In this document: positions 57,661 through 64,000 of the stretch, piece by piece
Layout: the number at the start of each line of letters is the position of its first letter
How positions within the stretch are numbered: the first letter of the stretch is position 1
Source of the DNA: Diadema antillarum
Lineage: Eukaryota
Direction of reading: 5' to 3'
DNA: 64,000 nt
Assembly (NCBI RefSeq): GCF_040938485.1
Contig: NW_027272031.1
Span: 248,001-312,000 of the forward strand
Translations under genes and position numbers: made by a program
Notes under the pieces: generated by a model
Databases searched by the model: none
Seen by the model: the letters and a program-made list of their open reading frames with translations, nothing else
What the model was told of the DNA's origin: nothing

Positions 57661-60489
57661 ATTACCAGCAACTAATTATTATACTTATTATATAGAGACT
57701 CATTTTTACTGTTATGATGGAGAGCAGAAAAAGAGAATAAGTAAATGATAGAGTGAAACAAACAAACAAACAAAAAAAAAACAAGAAGAAAGATGGAGAA
57801 GTACAGTATGCAAGAAAGAGCAAAAGAAACAGATTTCACAGAATACCATCTGCAAGATACTTCTTCACGATATCGTTATTTCTGTATATATATCACATAG
57901 AATTTTTATTATTCTCATGTCAAGACTATCTCACTGGTTGGCAAATCATACCATGAAGGCACTGGTCTTTCCTGGAACTGAAACATAAAGTATATCTTAA
58001 ATCAGTACATACAGGGATAAAGTGTACAACAGCATAGAGCAATAACTCTTTGCCTGTGACGTAAAGTGCAGGTAATTTTTTCTTTGCTAACTTCACCCAC
58101 AACATCTGAAATTTTAAACATTCCCATGTCTATCACACACCTGCGTCCCCTTGGTAACGGTTTGAGGTGATCTCAATATGAAAATTGTTTCACACTTCAA
58201 CCCCTTTTTTTTTCTTTTTTTCAGACACTTGAGGAGGATGAATATAACATGTCTCAATTTAATCAAACAAAAATAACAAAAACTCTCTCACTTCCACGTC
58301 CGCCTCATACGACTTGGACTTTTTAAAAGTATATTGACTAATCACACATTAGGCACACCCGTTAATCTAGAGATGTTAAAGAAAGAACAAAACAACAACC
58401 CATCGCTGATATTTCAGCCACCAGTTTAGATGGAAAAGACGCAATAGGAAAGCACCAGTACCCCAGTTTTGCTGCTTCACAACTTGGCTCTAGGTAGACA
58501 ATGAATGCGCATATACGGCAGGAAAGAAAGGTGGTTACTGTACTTTTCAGACAGCTTCTCGCTATTGCACTAAATTCACATGAAATATAGACCATCCTTT
58601 TTGCTTTCTCTCTCTCTCTCTTCCGTCCTCTCTTTCCCTCTCAAGCGATATACACTCTCAGTTTCTATTTCATCTGATCAACCATCACATTAGGCATCTA
58701 GAAATTATTCCAAATATTTGTGGCATTTAGTGTCTATTTAATGTTCAGTGAAAAGGTCAGTATTAGGTATGATATTGAGTTGCACTTTTACGTTAGCCAG
58801 CATAACGTTTCAAAGGAATAAGTCTAAATGTCTCTAATAACGCCTCTGTCTCTAAACTTGTAGAGCTGTGCTTCCCATGGGAATAGATCCTCTCAGTGAT
58901 AGGTTGTGATTTTGTAACATTACCCTAGATACAGACCTATACCTGCAATTTCAATGCCCACTCTGTCTGCTCACAATGCAATGATTCTGAACGAGGGGTG
59001 AAATGAAGACTGCTCTTGACTTAAATTGAATACATATACCAAAAAATTGGCAACAGTCTATGCAAAAAATGAATGCACACCAGCTACAGACATTTCAGAT
59101 TGAGATGACTATCAGTGTATCAGATCCTCACTATGAAACTAATCAGTGAAGTTGCAGCCATATTGAAAAAAGACAGCAACAATATTGAGCTGTTTATTTC
59201 ATCTTTCAAAATTGCTTTTCTTCTCTTCTCTAGATCACATCATAATTGTCCAAATGCATCTTATTTCCTCCAGAAGTACTTGTTCTAAACTTTGGCTTCA
59301 TGACCAATCATCCATTTTGATATGCTATCACAGTAATCATCTCTACTTTACGCTCACGCATGGCATCAACTTACTATCAACATGGAAAGAGGAGACTATG
59401 AAAAGTTTGCAGTCTCTTCCACAAAAGTTCAGTGTAGAAACACAATAACAATAAGAGAAATAGCTTACGCAAGACACCCTTTCATCAGACACGGATGGTC
59501 TGCAGCGGAAATCATCCAGATCTAAATTGAGGATGGAGTAAAGACTAATAGCCCTGGACAGTCATCTTGGGCTTATCTATGGCCAGGGAATGAGGGTATC
59601 TATGCAAATGAGGCGTCTTGCCCATTAAGAAGGTCATTGCATTCTTTAAGGTGGTGAATTTTCCCTCCAGGTCTGTTGTTATCTCCCCTCCATTAAGCGT
59701 ACAATTGACAGTTCATTTTCTATCGTCATCCACATCACGCAATATCAAATGTATATTTGCCTTGATGCAATCGTACTGATGCCTTTATCTCTGACATCTG
59801 GCTCAGAAGGGAATCATTAGTCCCATTAATACTTAATTGTGTCATGTCTGCACTCTCCACCTTTTAAAAGTTGGTATCATACATATACACTCATCGAAGG
59901 CATCAGTAGCAATTATCAAGTTCATAGATATCACAAATGTAGCATGCATCACTTTCTAAAAGGGCAGATTTTCACATACAGACCATGAAGAATATTCCCT
60001 TTTGTCCTATTAATTATTGTTTTAGCCTTGCAATGTGTTCAGTAAAATATTTCCTTGCATGGTTGATACTCTTTGACCAAAGGTTGTATATGATTTGTGG
60101 AAGTGTCTGAACTGACTAACTGAGTTTATTGTAAACTTATCATCTGACTTATTTTCCATGTTTGGGCAATGTCTCACTACTTCTTCCTACAGCCATCAAC
60201 ACTGCTTGCTTTATTCATCCTTCTCTCCTATTTCTCTTCTTCCATCTCTTTCTTTTTCATCTTCTGTCTATCCATGATTGTGAAACACTGAACTCTACTT
60301 TATTACAGTCCTCCCATATCAGACAACTCTATTGCCTCTGAAGGTTAGCCATAGCTAACTTAGGAAATCAAAAGTGGTATGATATTGGTGGAGCATTCTT
60401 TCCAATTGTGCTACAGCATACTCTGGGCAAACATCATCCAAAATAAGATTGAACACAACCGCAATGAACCATTAAAGAATTGTGCTGCT

Positions 60490-60805
60490 NNNNNNNNNNN
60501 NNNNNNNNNNNNNNNNNNNNNNNNNNNNNNNNNNNNNNNNNNNNNNNNNNNNNNNNNNNNNNNNNNNNNNNNNNNNNNNNNNNNNNNNNNNNNNNNNNNN
60601 NNNNNNNNNNNNNNNNNNNNNNNNNNNNNNNNNNNNNNNNNNNNNNNNNNNNNNNNNNNNNNNNNNNNNNNNNNNNNNNNNNNNNNNNNNNNNNNNNNNN
60701 NNNNNNNNNNNNNNNNNNNNNNNNNNNNNNNNNNNNNNNNNNNNNNNNNNNNNNNNNNNNNNNNNNNNNNNNNNNNNNNNNNNNNNNNNNNNNNNNNNNN
60801 NNNNN
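60490..60805. other. Assembly gap (316 N)
   Basis: N-run. Confidence 1.
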
Positions 60806-61932
60806 TTGTCATTTCAGCATCAAAGCTTTGATACATTTCTTGCCATACTTCCTGGTATTTCATTGAAATATTTCATTGATCGATGATGATTCATTTTCAC
60901 ATCTAATTCAAATAATCTTATAACTGATCGCAGATTGACTGACATTGTATGCACAAATGAAAATGAATTATGAATGAGTAGACTTCTACAAAAAGAAAGC
61001 ATGTTATAAACAAGAAGTTCCCTATAAAAGCATGAAAGTTACAAATAAATGTCACACAGTCATGGCATGTAGAAATTTGAAGGTAAAAGAATACCTACAG
61101 CAAATAATACAAATGACAAAACAATTCCTGCTCTTCAAATAGTCATAAGGGTCTTGACCCTTTGATTACACAGAAAAGATAATCTTTAGTCTCAGTGCTT
61201 ATATCATCCCTTTGAACCTGTGCTTCATAATATTTGCTGCCCTCTGCCCTACACAAAGAACAGCTCCTCATTAAATAAAATCTTTCCCTTTCTGTTTCTT
61301 TAATACCTGATCTCGACACCAACATAAAAACTTCCCTCTAAACCATCCGTCATGTTAAAAACAAAATGGTCACAGATTTGTCTCTACGAGAACTTCGTAA
61401 AAACTCTACAAAGTTCACTGGCTCCAGCCCCTCAAAATGAGGAAATGAAGAGACACTGCTGTAATGGATATGGGTCTGTCAGCTCCTTTCAAGCTGGTAA
61501 TAAACTTTTTTCGGAGGAGAAAGACTCTGACATTCTCTTGGATAAATAAATTTCATTCCTAGCAGTGGAAGCCTCCCTTAGGCAATCCTGCTATGCTCAT
61601 GCACGGACCTACCCCTGACCTGCCACTACACAAACCTCATATAAAGCTAACAATAGCATACAATTTATAAACAAAAACAACTTATAAAGAAAAACAAAAT
61701 AAAGAGAAATCCAAAATGACCTCAGCCAGAAATTGGCATCAAGTACAAGCAAAATATATGCCCTAGCCAAAGATAGTAATCTTGGCATCACAGTGCTGTA
61801 CTGCCCATAGATCTTCACCATCACAAATAAGTGATAAGCATAAATCTGTAAATGTGGCAAATATCTACTATATCTGACTTGATGTCAGAGCTCCAAAGAG
61901 CAAATTCATTTTTCATCCATTGCTCTCATTCT

Positions 61933-62130
61933 CCACCTACTAAGTATCATTTAATCTCATCTTGAAAATTCTCTGACACTAAGTGTCTATCTTATCTTAT
62001 CATGAAGACCCCTGGCCACTAAGTATCTTCCTAACCTAATTCAGAAGATTTCCAGTCACTAAATATACCTTTAATCTTATCCTGGAAATTCTGAGTTGCT
62101 AAATATTTTTCACTCTCATCTAGAGTACCA
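61933..62130. repeat. Diverged minisatellite, ~39-bp unit, ~5 copies
   Basis: A ctaa(g/a)tat...atctt motif recurs at a regular spacing. Confidence 0.5.
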
Positions 62131-64000
62131 GCTACATCACAATGACACAAAACTTCTCCGAATGGTATTTCCGTGACCATTGGACTGAGAAAAAAAAATC
62201 ATCTATGTTGTAATTTTTCATTTTGTTGAAGTGTTTCCTTTCAAGTGATCTATATCCCTTAAGGGAGGAAGTTGTCCTTTTTAAGGTGATTACAAAATAA
62301 TTTATGTGCAAGTTATACAAGTTTGTTTGCAAAGTGATTACTGGGGGAAGGGAGTAATTATTTCAGTTCCAGACAACTTATTCTGTCAAGGTGCAGGTTT
62401 CTTTAATGATGAATTTATTCAATGTTCATCATAGACCCTTTGTTTCAAATTGACCAAACCCTACCACAATTTAAAGATCCTAATATGTGTAAGGATCAAC
62501 AGATTCTGGTCAATATCTGTTTCCCCTTCAAGACAATCATGGTGTATTACATCTTATAAACATCTGCAAAATCTTGTTATTCAAGAACAAATCTTGAAAC
62601 AACAAGTAACTGAGATTTAGATTCAATATCTTATAAGGATAGTAAAGAGTTTTTGTTTTTGTTATTGTTTTTTTTTTTTTGGGGGGGGGGGGTTCTCATA
62701 CGTGGAAGCTTTAAAAGTGCCATGCAGCTAACGATTCTTCGGTCTTCACATTTTGTTATTCCTCAGATCATAAACTGACTAGTAACTAAAACAATAATAC
62801 GGTATATCCAAAACACTGGCAAGATGCTTACATTATCTGTACTTAGAATGTTTAGGTTTATTCTTAACTTTCCTAGAAACTTATCCCAGTAGGCTAGTGA
62901 ATATGACACAAAAACATTTCTTCGTATTTCATGCCAATGAGAGGTAAAAAAAAAGAATTTATTAATATTTCTCATGGGAAGGGGACAAACATGAGAAAAT
63001 GTCTGTATTTTGGCACAAACAATCTGGGAAAACATGCGAAAGCTGACACTGATACCATCAGCACAAGAGAGGACTCGCATTTCACTTTCACAAATTAAAT
63101 GCAACGTCCAGATCACTCCAAGTTTGAATTCCTCAATTTGTAAAATCCTTTGGTCCACTTTGCAACAGGTTAACAAATAACATGTGTGAATTTTGATAAG
63201 GGGCGGATCACTAAGAAATAGAACAATCACAAAACAAAGCAAAAATGACAAAATGAGGGACTCCATAAATTGAATCATCCTAAATATCACCACGTTGCAA
63301 AGTCCAGAAATGCAGCAAAATTTCATTAAAGTGTTCCTTTCCGTCTGCCTCTCGACATGCAGAAAAGAAAGTGGTCTCAATGATGTAACTCAAGAAATCA
63401 TTGCACAAATTAAGGGGCAAACCAGTGCTCCAGTCAAAACCATTGCAAAATTTCTTTCCAATATCAAATCTCTTCCAAACACTGTCAAATCTAGGCAGAA
63501 ACTGGCGTCGGTTTGGCTGGGCAGCACAATTCCTTCAGTTTGATCTTGCTGGGGTAGTATAGGCTTGTTGATCTTTTTTATGATTATCAGAGCCTCTGCC
63601 TTTGGTTTCTCAAATATCTGCAGGATTCTAAAATCACGTCGTGCAAGGGATTGGTATGCTGGCATTCAAAAGACAATTGTAATGCAGTGCTTCTGTGACC
63701 AAAACCAATGCCACAGATACATTCAAGGTATCAATTTTTGTTCAGTACATCCAAAAAACACATGAACACTTAACTATTTCTTTCTCCCACTGTGTGTATT
63801 CCATGAAAACATTCGGAAACTTTAAAACTTCCATAGCTTTCTTATTTCATATTTGATGATTATGAAACTTTATCACTCTCTTAGTCTGATATTTAAATAC
63901 TTTATCTATAGTTAAAATCAATTTGTCGTGGTGTGGAATTGGACTTTCATTTATTCATGCTGTGCCAATTAAACTTCCTGGCAGAGGCAAAACACTACAT

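Noticed and set aside
62763-63765. 205-aa minus-strand ORF and neighbouring ORFs
   Set aside because: AT-rich, hydrophobic, with no domain motif or splice support; DGISVS is not a real PDZ match.
1-64000. tRNA, rRNA, snRNA or tRNA-derived SINE
   Set aside because: No A/B-box cloverleaf or recognisable structural RNA was seen by eye; a covariance-model scan (Infernal, tRNAscan-SE) would be needed to exclude them.

Overview
This is AT-rich animal genomic DNA with three N gaps. The GT-AG intron structure, TE types and TACATGTA enrichment suggest a marine invertebrate, probably an echinoderm such as a sea urchin (inference). Most of the window is the 3' half of one multi-exon minus-strand gene, a neurabin/spinophilin (PPP1R9A/B) homolog. 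At least 9 well-supported exons between 47785 and 14588 splice in frame. They encode the end of the PDZ domain (RFLIGRE...SEVAALIQHSL), the coiled coil (LEKKYHKAKKLIKD), an acidic linker and a SAMD14-like motif (EVFD...LDTS...RSRPSLTHLRD). Probable further exons lie at 3571-3700, 3181-3188, 2769-2833 and <=114. The upstream PDZ exons and the SAM domain were not found in the window. The introns hold an apparently intact single-ORF L2/CR1-group LINE (APE+RT, 51531-54620), a Helentron-derived HINE with two internal satellites, several MITE families (Kolobok-like and piggyBac-like at TTAA; TA-flanked), a ~490-bp tandem array and microsatellites. The most interesting unexplained signals are (i) a cluster of 3-27-nt microexon candidates with good splice sites, (ii) an exon open in two frames next to an 8-nt frame-switching microexon, (iii) CpG-rich intronic islands with donor sites that could be internal promoters for PDZ-less, SAMD14-like isoforms, and (iv) a small uORF joined to the LINE ORF by a TAATG stop-start overlap. 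All splicing models were made by eye and have no transcript support.
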